Below are positions 40,301-52,313 of a stretch of 64,000 nucleotides of DNA, piece by piece; within the stretch, counting starts at the first letter, position 1; each line of letters begins with the position of its first letter. Both the position numbers and the translations under genes were made by a program. This DNA comes from Rozella allomycis CSF55. Taxonomy: Eukaryota. Below the pieces are notes generated by a model. The model saw only the letters and a list, made by a program, of their open reading frames with translations. It searched no databases and had not been told where the DNA came from. Location: contig KE561209.1 in NCBI GenBank assembly GCA_000442015.1, positions 186,001-250,000 on the forward strand, written 5' to 3'.

Positions 40301-42760
40301 GGTCACTATTGGTCTTAGAAGGTGTGCAATTTGATATTGTGTCTTGAAGGCTGGAGGGTTGTTCCCTGTATCTATCCTTATAAATGCATTAGGAAGTTGC
40401 AAAATCCTTTTATGGATTGATTAGTCTCCAATAAAGGTTTTAGTTGGTCTTTCAAATGATCTGCATATGCTTCAGTGAGAAAATAGAAGTAGGTTAAATT
40501 TGTTTAATTTGTTGAGTTACACATGCTAATCTGGGATGCAATCTTCAAAGGTTATGTTTTTGTAACGACATCATGGATGGAAATTACTNTCTCCTTTACT
40601 ACTTCAGGCTCCTGCTTTTCATTTGGGAAGTGGACTCTGAGTCCCAAAATAACAATTCCAAGTTTAGACAATGTATCCAGTCCTAGGACGATATTAATTG
40701 GAATGCCATTATCGCCGCCCATGTCAAGGACCTCCAAGCAATGCTTGATCTTCTTGTCTCCATGACAAATAGTTATCTCTTCAGTTATTCCTTTTCTTGG
40801 CGTAGTAGTTGATCCTTCTGCCAAATGTAGTACACCCTTCACTGGACTCACTTTAATGGAAAGCTCTTGGATCATGGTCGGAGAGATAAACGAGTGAGTA
40901 CTCATGGAGTTAATTCCGGCACGAGCATTGACCCCATTCACTGTCACGGCGGTGTAGAGAAATTTGACGGGGTTTAGATTCTTGACCATATTGAATTAGA
41001 TTGTTCCTGGTACAATAATTTCGTCGTCTTCCAAGAGTTCTTCAGGGAATTCTTCACGGAGATCTATTCTCCTGTTNGTGATGGTTTCTTGAAGGTTTGG
41101 TTTAGGTCCATTGTATCCCTTCTTTTTAATCTTTTCCTTGTCTACCTCGGGCTCCTGATTTTCATTTGGGAAATCTACTCTGAGTCCTTCATTGACAATT
41201 CCAAGCTTAGACATTGTATCCAGTCCTAGGACGGTATTAATGGGAATACCATTATCGTCGCCCATGTCAAGGACCTCAAAGCGATGGTTAATCTTCTTGT
41301 CTCTATGGCAAACATTTTTGTCTTCCGTTATTCCTTTTTTCCTTTTCTTGGCGTAGTGGTTGATCTTTCTGCCAAATGTAGCACACCCTTGACTGGATTC
41401 ACTTTGATCTTGGATCATGGACGGAGAGATAAATGAATGGGTGCTCATGGAGTCAATTCTTGCTGCACGAGCATTGCTCTCATTTACTGTTATGGCCGTG
41501 TAAAGAAATTTAGCGGAATTGTCCCAGGTACGATTATCGCATTTTCTTCCAAGAGTTCTTCAGGGAATTCTTCACGGAGATCTATTCTCCTGTTGTGAAC
41601 ATTAGAGGAAGATTCCTTATTCTTTTTTCTCNCCAGATTTTCCCGAGTTATTTCCTGTTCCGCTCTTGCGAGCTCTGCAGCCCTCGGTGTTGTGTCGTAC
41701 TCTTGGATTATTCTTATGGAATTCGCAATAATAAGAGGTTGTGATTCNCACATTTGTCACAGAGCTTCTTGACAAAAACCTTTCTGGCCTCTTTCTTCTC
41801 CACCGTTTTTCCCAAGTTATCTCCTGTTCCGCTCTTGCGAGCTCTACAGTCCTCGGTATTGTGTCTAACTCTTGGGTTATTCTTATAGAATTCACAATAA
41901 TAAGAGGTCGTGACTTTTTTTGCAGGGCTACCGGGAGTTTCCTTTAGAGTCTCAACTCTTCTCTTTGATGGAGATCTGCTGGCGTATGCAACCTACATAT
42001 CATTAGGAATTCCGGGGAATTTCTTGACGGCCTGCATTTGACTCAAGATGGTGTCAAATTCACTCACCGGTTTGTTATTTAGTACTCGCTTCACAGAATC
42101 CGGAAGCTTTGAGAAAAGGAGTTCTTTNATCAAGATGGTAGGCAATTCACTTACCGGTTTGTTGTTTAGTACTTGCTTCACAGAATCCGGAAGCTTTGAG
42201 AAAAGGAGTTCTTTTAAGAGATTGTGTTGCGGATCCGGGACTGTATAGGCGATATTGTTCTCCGTCAATAGGTCTTGAAATCTTCCGATGAATTCCGGAA
42301 CTGTTTTGCCATGGTAGTACTGTATTTTGAATATCTTGGAGTATTTGTCGGATTTCCAATAGGGAGAGAGGAACTCTTTCAATAAATCGTTTTTCAAGAT
42401 ATCCCAGCTGCAAAGAGGGTTCAATTCGTTGTGCCTTGTTAGCCACTGTGCAACGGACTCGTTATTGTGAGCGAAGAGTCTTAGCAGATGCTTTGTCTGT
42501 TCAGTGGTTAAGTTTTTGTCCTTGTAGATTCACTCAAACCTTTGTAGATATTCCTCAATGTTATTGAAATCAGTAGGTTTCAAGTCCATCTTTGGGTACA
42601 ATTTGTGTACTGCAGAAATTACTTTTTGATCTATATGCTCGGAGGTCGGAACCTGAGCAATCACAGTGGGGGTAGGTACTGGACCTTCATTATTTCCTGG
42701 TGCCGGCGCATCATCTAATAACTCAAGACTTCTCGTACTTTGAGAAATCTCCTCTTGNAG
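37330..42760 (-). mobile_element. Degenerate Ty3/gypsy retrotransposon(s): gag, protease, RT, RNase H, integrase
   Basis: Order gag-PR (DSMSTHSFIS)-RT (TKIDLKAG, VYIDDI)-RH (ATDAS..GLGAVL)-IN (H..GH..C..C; IVD..TRF, SDNGREF, PYNPRAN); frameshifts, several N gaps and duplicated blocks; no LTRs identified. Confidence 0.92.
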
Positions 42761-42944
42761 CTGGCGTTGAATGAGGCTGTGAATTTGTTTGAAAAGAATG
42801 CACAGGATCGTTGTCCCGAAATCATAACCTTAAAAATGGTATTTAGGAATAAGTAGCATGAATATAATACTCATTGCGTGAACTATAGACTTTTTATAGT
42901 TCACAGTTTTATCATCAGTCCAGTTCATTTAATTTACTAATTTA

Positions 42945-44612
42945 TTAATAACCCCTTTTAAAGTATTCCCAGAGCAAATCGATTTCTTTTTTCATTACTT
43001 TTGAATTCCAAATGATTCGGCGATTGTTTTCCTTGGCCACACAGCTCTTAACTTGATCGCTAAATTTATCATTATGTAGGAAGCTTAAATGGATTTGTTC
43101 CATGCAGTCTGAAGAGGATAAGTCAGAATCAGAGGTTTTTAAAAGAACTATATCTGAATTAATGAGATTATTATAAACGTTTATGGCATTAGGATATGGA
43201 TTTTCGATGTCGAAAAGCCCATTAACAATTAGAATTGGCTTTTTACCAGCGTAAAAAACGGGTTCAAACAACATTTTTTGGTCGGTGCGATAATTTTTAT
43301 CATCCAAGTAATCTTCAACGCTATAGAAACCAAACATTCCAAACTTCATTGGCTTATCACGTTTTAATTCTGGACGATGGGCATGACCAAAATTTGGATA
43401 TACCCACAAGTTATCCTTGCCTTCCTTAATCATTTTTGTTATTCGATCATTATGCAATTGCCTTAATTTGCCTATACCATCAATCGCAGGCGAACTTGGA
43501 GAATTTCTATACATGCAATATAGTGAAAATAGATAAAATTTCATGGCGTTGACGTCATATCCATCTTCGCGCATCATCTTACCACCCCCACCTGTATTAA
43601 ATGCCTTTAAATGAAACGCCAAATTCCCCCAATCGAAATCGGGATCTTCTATCGCTTTTTTCACCAGTCGCTTTGGATTTTTAATGAGACAATCAGATGA
43701 TTTCGAACAATCATCAGCATATCTATGCAGTACATTAATTGCTGTCATCGAATTGTAAGAAAGGTCATGACGAGGATCAAATACGTTTCCGAGCAGTATT
43801 CTTGTGAAAGGAGAATCATCCAAAGTTAGCACTTGCTGGGCTAAATAAGTTCCGTATCCCTGACCCTTTAGTAGCACGTCCTTGACTCCCTTAATTTGCT
43901 TAAGCCAATGTGCAAAGTACAAAATATCGCAAGAAGAATATTTTCCCTCTCTTAAAGAAGGAAAATGATATGGTGCTTTGTCAAATGACAATCCTCCGCT
44001 GGAGTCAAATCGATGGTTCGTTAAGTGAATAATATGCACGTCGGACGGTGTTTTGTGATTAAAGGTTTGCATCTTCAATTCAAATTCTTCGGAACCTACA
44101 GGATGACACAAATCATCATATTCCAGTGGTACCACAATACTTCTTTCATAAAATTTACCTATTTGATTTGAGGATTTTTCACGAACATTAAAGGTTTTAA
44201 CATATTTTTCAATATTAAGTCGACTGGCATCTGGTCTAGATTTAGGCCTTAACTTGGAATCACTGTTCTCTTCTACTATTTTTACTTTCACTTCAAACGA
44301 TTCTACACCATATACTGTTGGAATATCAAAAGTTTCCAGAGTTCTAAATACGAGTGGTTTCGATACACTGTTGACAACATGTGTCGAATCGTCATTTAAT
44401 ACAACGTGAACAGGATCTAAACTTGGAAAATTATGAAGAGTGTTCTTTCCTTCGTGACTATTAAACACAGGAGAGACCGCACCATTTTGTTGCCCATATA
44501 AAGCATAACCGCCATAAACTATGCCCGAAACACAAAAGGCCGCAACAGCATATCGCAAGTAATATCCAACTTTTCTCCAAAATATTGCCGCCTCGTTGTC
44601 CACTCTAAACAT
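42945..44612 (-). CDS. N-terminally anchored alpha/beta-hydrolase-like protein (TAP/S33-like), paralog A
   Basis: Intronless; TM near N-terminus; VPLEYD, GQGYGTYLAQ, PILIVNGLFD..NP. Confidence 0.6.
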   Translation of the reverse strand: MFRVDNEAAIFWRKVGYYLRYAVAAFCVSGIVYGGYALYGQQNGAVSPVFNSHEGKNTLHNFPSLDPVHVVLNDDSTHVVNSVSKPLVFRTLETFDIPTVYGVESFEVKVKIVEENSDSKLRPKSRPDASRLNIEKYVKTFNVREKSSNQIGKFYERSIVVPLEYDDLCHPVGSEEFELKMQTFNHKTPSDVHIIHLTNHRFDSSGGLSFDKAPYHFPSLREGKYSSCDILYFAHWLKQIKGVKDVLLKGQGYGTYLAQQVLTLDDSPFTRILLGNVFDPRHDLSYNSMTAINVLHRYADDCSKSSDCLIKNPKRLVKKAIEDPDFDWGNLAFHLKAFNTGGGGKMMREDGYDVNAMKFYLFSLYCMYRNSPSSPAIDGIGKLRQLHNDRITKMIKEGKDNLWVYPNFGHAHRPELKRDKPMKFGMFGFYSVEDYLDDKNYRTDQKMLFEPVFYAGKKPILIVNGLFDIENPYPNAINVYNNLINSDIVLLKTSDSDLSSSDCMEQIHLSFLHNDKFSDQVKSCVAKENNRRIIWNSKVMKKEIDLLWEYFKRGY

Positions 44613-45194
44613 TTTTGTGCGTGGCTTGGCGAAATGAAAAAAACAATGTGGTGGCTTTGGTTAAGCCTATATATAGTTTCTGTAACTTGTAGATTTTATA
44701 ATGCAAGTATAATGTATATGTATACATAATACAGTATAATATAAAGTATTTAGTATGTTTGATAAATAATCCTTCAAGGACACGCCTAAATCACAGCGAC
44801 GCGCGGATATGCGTTTCGTTGAACACTTGGCATTCTTGCAGTCTGCAAAAAAATGCTCATGTCAAGCGAAAGCCGAAAATTATTCATCTTGTTTTATTTA
44901 GATGGTTTAATTATTACCGATTCCACTTGCCTTATCTTCGCCCTTTGTTGTAAATATTTCGTGACACATTGTTGAGAGGTTAATGGGAGTAAGTATTATC
45001 AACATTAAAGCAATTAAATCTGTTGCTCTGAATTATTTGAGGCAGAATCAATTTGATCTTATTGTGCAATTAATTTTGATGAGTAATATATTCCCTTATT
45101 TCTCAGAAAAATATGCTAAAAATAAATGGTATATTGAATGAATTAAAAGAATTCTACTTACGCTGTTATCCAAATTTCAAGCCACAAAAGTTTT

Positions 45195-46522
45195 ATGTTA
45201 ATTAAACCCTCAGAAACAACGGAATGCTTTGACATTCTTTTCCTTGGAACAGATCTAAACACTTGTATAAAATGTGCTCAAGAATCTTCAAGCAACAAAG
45301 TTATCCAACTGGAGAGAAACAAAGGGTACGGCTCAATACACAGCAACGAGCCACTCTTGAATGACAAACGAATAAAAATTTTACATGAATCGGGTGATAT
45401 AAACCGTATTCCATACTATCCAGCGCATATCCCATCAAAAGGGCGGCTGGTGGACCTATTAATTGAATCCGGTGTAGCTGAATACGTGGAATTCAAAAAG
45501 CAAGAATCCCTGCAAATATTTTCTGAGAACAGACTAGTCAATGTACCAGTTTCGAAAGAAGACGTGTTTTTGATGAGCGAGACTAGTTTATTGCAAAAGA
45601 GGCAGGTGATGAAGGTTATTAATCTGGCTAGAATGTTTGATGAATTAAAGAATGGCCAAGAAGTGGAGGGATTTACGTTGCAAGATTTGAAGAATACGAG
45701 CTTTAGAAAGTTTTTGGACAATAAATTGCCTGCTGTTTTTGTGGATATGGTTTTGTTTAGTTTGGCATTGTTTAGTAAATATGAAGAAGCGGAAAGTATG
45801 GATGCTGAAAAGGGATTCGAGATTCTTGCAAAGAGGGTTGAAGGGTTTGGGGTTTTTGGGAAGTACTCTTTATTGTATCCAATTTATGGATTGTCAGAAA
45901 TAGCTCAAGGATTTTGTAGGTAAATTTAGTGTTATATATTCGATAGAAAATCTGCATTGAATGGTGCAGTGCAATTATTGAATGTGTCGAAAATTTCAGT
46001 AGAGAAATTTGAAGACATGTATAAAGTTAACATTGAATCAGGCTCAATTGATGAACCATCCTACTTTTATACGCGAGAAATCAAAGGAAATTCTTTTGAG
46101 TTGTGCGAGATATTTGGATTGCAACTTGATTCTTCAAAGTAACATTTGATGCACTAATTGTTAGGCTGTGGAATGGTGCATTTATTAAAATCAATTTAAA
46201 GATTAAAGAGCAATTTAAACAAATAACATTTCCTCCCAATGATGAAAGAGGCTTTTGTATTCAGGTTTATCAAGTTGGCGATGAAACATTTGAATGTGAA
46301 AAAGATCAAAGTAAATTTATCAAGTTTTAAAAGAAAGGCATTTTATTCTTTCAATCTTTTCAATCTGATTGCAATAATTGGATTAAAATTGTAGGTGAAG
46401 TTTTAGAGAAACTAGGGATTGCGGATGATTGCATAATTTCCAAAAGAATATTTGAGTTTCATTCATTAAAACTAAAAGATGAACTTTTAGAAAATGTTTC
46501 ATTAATTTTAGAAGAATTTTAA
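45195..46522 (+). CDS. MRS6: Rab escort protein (REP/Mrs6, GDI superfamily)
   Basis: FDILFLGT, SKGRLVDLLIESGVAEYVEFK, VPVSKEDVF, LYPIYGLSEIAQGFCR. Confidence 0.85.
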
Positions 46523-46553
46523 CGTTTGAATCAAAAAATAGTTTTTATTTAAA

Positions 46554-48142
46554 TTAATTAAAGAGTTCCATTAGATCTTTGGGCAATTGATAACTCTTTT
46601 TCATATTTCTCGCCTTGTCTTTTAAATCTTTATTTGATCTGTTTTGAAATTCATAATTGTCACGTATTAAATGCCACTGAGTTCCAAATTGTTGCATTCC
46701 TTTTATTAAATTTATTTCTTCTTCTTTTGAATAGGGAACTCTCTTCTTTGACGAGGGTTTCGGTTGTAGCGCCATTTTAGTCTTTTTAGGCACAGCTTTA
46801 ACTGCTTCTTCCTCCTGATTCAATATGGGTGATTTTCATTACTTTTTCTGAATCATCAAAAGTTGCCCTTTCCGCTGACTCTCTTCTATCAATCAGCCTC
46901 TTTTTCGGTTGCGTAGCTCTTATCTCCATGGTAGTTTCAGGTTCTTCCAACTTCGAAGGCTTGATTTGAACTATTTGAACAGGATTAACCTTTTGTCTAG
47001 CAGGCAATTTTTTCATTTGCATGTCAGGTTGATCGGGCGTGTGCGCAAGCGGCATGCTGCTTGTAATATCTGTAGAACTGATTTGGCATTTTTTTGACTC
47101 GTCTTCACCATCACCATCACTCACGCCACCCACCTCATCATCAATGTCCTCCTGATGATATTCAACTTTTTCTGTTTCTGAATCGTCTGAATTGTCTTTG
47201 TCTAAAACTTGGCTTTGAAAAAGATTTTGTTTATCAATATCATCATCACACGATTCAAAAGGATTTTCATCATCACTTATAATGCTTGGATGTTCAACTT
47301 TATAGCTGTAAATTGAACCTCGTAAATTATGCTTCTCCATATACTTCTTCACTATCAAATTTCTTCTTTTTCTGTTCTGTCAAATACGTTTTTAATTACC
47401 TTTCTTCTCTTGTTAGCACTGGCGGTTTTGTTTTCGTTTCATTTACGGCCTTGAGCATCAAAGGCGTCGATAGCGATGAATTTAAATGCCGCATAACTTT
47501 AATCGTATTGCCGATAAAGTCTTCATATTTAAACGTATCTCTCAAATTTGCTATCGAATATTCATCAGATACGAACTACTGATAAAGATTGATCACCCGT
47601 TACCAATTCATTTCTCTCCAGTATCTCCCTCTGAATATCAGCGGATGGTAAAGTATTGAAATGTGCAATATCAACTTTTATAAAATCAGTATTCAAATAT
47701 TTTTCGCAATTCTCTTCCAACTCTTGCAAATTACTCGAGTCTAATAAAACAATCTTTCAACTTATCTATTTTTCATTACTTGCGTTCTTATCTCCATCAG
47801 TAAATGCAATATAACCATAGTTTTGGATTTCCAATATTTGAATGCTTTTTCTACAACATTCAAGATCTCCTTTAGAGCCTCCGCTCTTACATCCTCGCCT
47901 TTGCTATCATCTTCACAGTGTAACAATACTTCTAAAACTTTGGTTACCAAGTATCTGGCTTTGATATTGTCATCCAACTCTATCTTGCTGAATAGACCTA
48001 ACAATTACCAAAGTCGCTATTTACTATTCACGAGGTACAAATACGTATCTCTCTCAGGACTATTGGTATTATTCAAATTATCTTCTATAATTTTATACAA
48101 TAAAAAGTCGGCAAATGCATAATCCTCCGCAGATTCAGACAT
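46554..48142 (-). CDS. Telobox Myb protein, TRF1/TRF2-like architecture
   Basis: C-terminal Myb: RVPYSKEEEINLIKGMQQFGTQW...RSNKDLKDKARN; helical N-terminus, acidic linker. Confidence 0.72.
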
Positions 48143-48435
48143 GGAAATTTCTAAAATCTCGAGAAAGGTATTGAAGGAGAAATATGTGTGGCCCTATGGC
48201 AAATAGATCTGAAATCGAAATCTTTAAAATGCAGATGACGACTGGATTGAGAATGTAACTGTCGCCGAACATTTAACTGTCGATGTATGCTGATCAAATT
48301 GTGTCCGACACTGGCAGACTCACTCAATACATTAATCATCTGCCCTGTCAAAATTATTCTGGTGATAATCTCATTATATGCCTAATCTCCTTTTTAGAAT
48401 TCTAATCTAAGAGTTATGGGAGCAACTACTAATAT

Positions 48436-49086
48436 TTATTTATCAGTCCCGAAATAGCGACATCCAAAGTCACCTAATCCAGGAGAAATATATTTCTTCT
48501 CATCAAGCCCTTGATCAATCTCTGCTGTAACAATTTGAACTTTGGGATAACTTGAATGTATAGCTTTGATTCCTTCTGGCGCGGCAATCAAGTTTAAGAA
48601 TATGACATTTTCTTCAGGCACGCCGTGTTCTATCAATACTTGGATAGCTTTTTTGCAGGTACCGCCTGTTGCCAACATTGGATCAAGCAATAGCACATAT
48701 CTATCGGAAATATCTTGTGGTAGCTTTGCATAATAGAGTTTTGGCAATGCTGTTTCTTCATCCCTTTGAATTAGGATTTTGCCAATTCTAACAGATCGAC
48801 AGCATTCTCGCAGACCTTGTTCCATGGCTTCCCCTGCTCTCATAATTGATACACCACATATTTTTCCACCAAATTTTAACCCGCTATAAACTGCTCCAGT
48901 GGGCGTTTCTATTTGCTTTGAGATACAAGGCAAATAATTTAGGCCCTCTTCCACCAACAGACGAATAATCCGATCCGAATAGAATATAAAATCGCTTCTT
49001 TCAGTTTCTCTGTCCCTGACTATTGTAAGAAGCGCTTTCAATTCATTGGTTTGCTCGAGAAGTTTAACATTGTCAAAAGTAATCAT
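48436..49086 (-). CDS. FUR1: Uracil phosphoribosyltransferase
   Basis: DFIFYSDRIIRLLVEEGL, IGKILIQRDE, LLDPMLATGG, PGLGDFG. Confidence 0.97.
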   Translation of the reverse strand: MITFDNVKLLEQTNELKALLTIVRDRETERSDFIFYSDRIIRLLVEEGLNYLPCISKQIETPTGAVYSGLKFGGKICGVSIMRAGEAMEQGLRECCRSVRIGKILIQRDEETALPKLYYAKLPQDISDRYVLLLDPMLATGGTCKKAIQVLIEHGVPEENVIFLNLIAAPEGIKAIHSSYPKVQIVTAEIDQGLDEKKYISPGLGDFGCRYFGTDK

Positions 49087-49454
49087 TTCTTAAATTTTGT
49101 AAAATAATTTTTAATACCTCAATCAATGGTTCTCCCATTATTGTTTCGGGTGCTTTAATGTATTTTAATTGTAGCCGTAATAGTTTAATTGTACATGTAT
49201 ATTGTATTGCTTACATTTTCTTAATAGCCATGAAATTAAGAAAAAGTTAAAAGAGATAATAATTTTAATAAAAGGACTCAAAATGCCTTGCCAAAATAGG
49301 CTACGTACAAATCTCAACATTCCCAAAGTAAGTTCACTGAAAATCGGGTTGGATGTGAATCTGATGTGTGAAAGTCAAAATAAATACCTATCATACAATC
49401 CAAGGACCAAGAGTATATGGCTGAGCCAAATAAATGAACTAAGCCACAGTCGAA

Positions 49455-51155
49455 ATGCTTAGAGTAGACAACGAAGCAGCGATATTTTGGAGAAAGGTTG
49501 GATATTATCTCAGATATGTCGTTGCGGGCATTTTTGTATCAGGCATAATTTATGGCGGTTATGCTCTATACGGGCAACAAAGCGGTGCGGTCTCGCCTGT
49601 TTTACATATGCACGAAACAAATATTGTTTTGAAAAACAACTTTCAAAATATTTATAATGCTAAAAATGTAGAGCTCATGTCATTAAATGACGAAGCGACA
49701 CAATTAGTAAAGACTAAGAGTGACAGTGTATCGGCAAAACCAGTTAAATTTAGAACTTTGGAAACTTTTGATATTCCAACAATAGATGGTGTAGAATCTT
49801 TTGAAGTCAAAGTGAAAATGGTAGAAGATGAAAGTTTGCCCAATCTGAAGCCTAAATCTAGACCAAATGTCAGCCGACTTAATATTAAAAAATATGTTAG
49901 GACCTTTAATGTTCGTGAAATATCTGGATATCAAATAAGAAATGTTTATCAAAGAAGCATTGTCGTGCCACTCGAATACGATGATATGTGTCGTCCTGTA
50001 GGTGTCGAAGAATTTGAATTAGAAATCCAAACATTCAATCACAAAACGCCATCCAACGTGCATATTATTCACTTAACGAGTCATAGAGCCGACTCATTCG
50101 GACGATTGTCATTTGACCAAGTGCCATATCATTTTCCTTTATTGAGAGAGGGAAAGTATTCGTCTTGTGATATTTTATACTTTGCACATTGGCTAAAGCA
50201 AATGAAGGGTGTTAAGGATGTGCTACTTAAGGGCCAAGGATACGGATCATATTTAGCACAGAAGGTGCTGAGTTTGGATGATTCTCCTTTTAAAAGAATT
50301 TTGCTAGGAAACGTATTTGATTCTAGTCAAGATCTCGCTTACAACTCCATGACGGCAATTAATGTGTTGCATAAATATGCTGATGATTGTTCTAAATCCC
50401 ATGATTGCCTCATTAAAAATGCTAAGCTTATTTTGAAGGAAGCATTGGAAGATCCAAAATTTGATTGGGGGATATTACTTCTACATTTTAATGGATTTAA
50501 TGCATATGATGCTGGTAAAATGATGCGCAAAGATGGATATGATGTCAATGCCATAAAGTTCTATGTATTTTTCCTATATTATATGTCCATAAAGTCTCCA
50601 TTTTCACCCGCAACTAAAAGTATACAGAAACTAAAAGACATACATGCTAATCGTATAGCACAAATGAGGAATGAACAAAAGGATAACTTATGGGTTTATC
50701 CTACTTTTGCTGTTCACCCTCGAGAACTAAAGAGCGAGGAACCAAAGAAGGTTGGAAAGTTTGGTTCGTACAATGTTGATGATTACAAACAAGACAAAAA
50801 ATTCCAAAAATTTTCACAGTTCTTGTTTGAACCCGTTATGTACGCTGGCCAAAAGCCAGTCTTAATGGTGAACGGGCTATTCGACATCGAAAATCCCTAT
50901 CCTAATTCCATAAACGCTTATAACAATCTCATTAACTCAGATATAGTTCTTTTAACTAACTCCGACAGTGACTTATCTTCATCAGAGTGTATGGACCAAA
51001 TTCACTTAAACTTCTTGAACAATGATAAATTCAGCGACGATGTGAAGAATTGTGTTTCCATGGAAAATAAACGCCGAATCAATTGGAATTCAAAGGAAAT
51101 GGAAAAAGAAATGGCCTTAATCATCGAATTTTTGAAAAGTAGAGATTTTGAATAA
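49455..51155 (+). CDS. N-terminally anchored alpha/beta-hydrolase-like protein, paralog B
   Basis: Collinear and highly similar to 42945-44612 (e.g. LREGKYSSCDILYFAHWLKQ identical). Confidence 0.6.
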   Translation: MLRVDNEAAIFWRKVGYYLRYVVAGIFVSGIIYGGYALYGQQSGAVSPVLHMHETNIVLKNNFQNIYNAKNVELMSLNDEATQLVKTKSDSVSAKPVKFRTLETFDIPTIDGVESFEVKVKMVEDESLPNLKPKSRPNVSRLNIKKYVRTFNVREISGYQIRNVYQRSIVVPLEYDDMCRPVGVEEFELEIQTFNHKTPSNVHIIHLTSHRADSFGRLSFDQVPYHFPLLREGKYSSCDILYFAHWLKQMKGVKDVLLKGQGYGSYLAQKVLSLDDSPFKRILLGNVFDSSQDLAYNSMTAINVLHKYADDCSKSHDCLIKNAKLILKEALEDPKFDWGILLLHFNGFNAYDAGKMMRKDGYDVNAIKFYVFFLYYMSIKSPFSPATKSIQKLKDIHANRIAQMRNEQKDNLWVYPTFAVHPRELKSEEPKKVGKFGSYNVDDYKQDKKFQKFSQFLFEPVMYAGQKPVLMVNGLFDIENPYPNSINAYNNLINSDIVLLTNSDSDLSSSECMDQIHLNFLNNDKFSDDVKNCVSMENKRRINWNSKEMEKEMALIIEFLKSRDFE

Positions 51156-51242
51156 TTTGAATAAAATAATAATTTAAAAGAATATTAATGTTGATAAGAC
51201 CCGGAATGTATCGCCACGCCAATAGAAATTATGTTAAAAAGT

Positions 51243-52313
51243 TTATTTAGCCAAGTGTTCAAGGAGCCATCTTTCCCGCCAAATGATTTTCTCTCCCAAT
51301 CGTTCAATTTCTGGCACCAACTCTTCTTTTCTCTGAATAAGAGAACTTCTTGCCACTGAATACCGTATGGCTGAAAAGGGATTGTAAGATCTCCTTTCAA
51401 TCTTTTGCTCCACATCCTCTAGTTCTCTTGTCTTTTCAGTATAATTCATCCTTAACTCTCCAATTTCGTTCTTTGTTTCAACAATAACAGGTGATTCCCG
51501 TACCTGCAATCGTATGTTAGGATCAAATATAGCTTTTCCAAAATCCTGAGTCATCTGCACCAAACATTCAACAGCAGAAACCGTCACAACTTGCGGGACA
51601 AACCCAGTCAGTATCTTGAAAATACGCCTAACCTCTTTGATCTCTGCATCATACACTTCCGGTGACCAAACAACTGTATCGGCTTTTGCGAGGACAATTG
51701 TTACATCTTTCATCACCGATACACCGTAGATTCTTTTCATTGCAAAGACATAGCGCATTGATTTAAGGATATTGAAGGGTTTCACAAAAAGATATATTCT
51801 TTTGAGTGGGATTGTACTGTTTTTAATAATTTCGACTGTTTTGAACATTGGGTCGTACCATGTGATCAATTCTTCGTCTCTGGGCAGTCTGCTGCCCATT
51901 CCAGGCACGTCGATGATCATTAGTTTGTTGGATTGACGGCGAATTTTGTAGATTTTTGGATTTGGATCATAATCTTCGGTGCCGTATGCGGCTCTTGTGT
52001 AATTGTAGTCGCCAACTATGGTGCTGGCTAGTCTTGATTTTCCCATACCGCTGAATCCATGGAAAACTGCGATGAAGCTTGAATGCTCAAGGAAATCAAT
52101 GTTACGTCCGAGATCTTGGTAAACGTGTTGTCCTGAAATGGTCATTTTGTGTGGTTCGAAGCGGCAGACACCGTCGTTGATGCATCTTTGGTTTGAGGAG
52201 ATTTGACGATTGAAGGGAGGGGGTATGGATATGGAATATGAAAGTGTGCAAGCGATTAATAAAAGTGAAGAAAGCATACAAATTTCAACTTGCCAATACT
52301 GATAAGTGTGCAT
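51243..52313 (-). CDS. Putatively secreted P-loop GTPase-like protein (TRAFAC; AIG1/septin-like motifs)
   Basis: Hydrophobic MLSSLLLIACTLSYS, G1 GFSGMGKS, G3 DVPG, G4-like AKAD, C-terminal coiled coil; intronless. Confidence 0.6.
   Translation of the reverse strand: MHTYQYWQVEICMLSSLLLIACTLSYSISIPPPFNRQISSNQRCINDGVCRFEPHKMTISGQHVYQDLGRNIDFLEHSSFIAVFHGFSGMGKSRLASTIVGDYNYTRAAYGTEDYDPNPKIYKIRRQSNKLMIIDVPGMGSRLPRDEELITWYDPMFKTVEIIKNSTIPLKRIYLFVKPFNILKSMRYVFAMKRIYGVSVMKDVTIVLAKADTVVWSPEVYDAEIKEVRRIFKILTGFVPQVVTVSAVECLVQMTQDFGKAIFDPNIRLQVRESPVIVETKNEIGELRMNYTEKTRELEDVEQKIERRSYNPFSAIRYSVARSSLIQRKEELVPEIERLGEKIIWRERWLLEHLAK

Noticed and set aside
48165-48200. AAGGAGA resembling the U6atac box
   Set aside because: Downstream GGTTAGC and ISL pattern do not match convincingly
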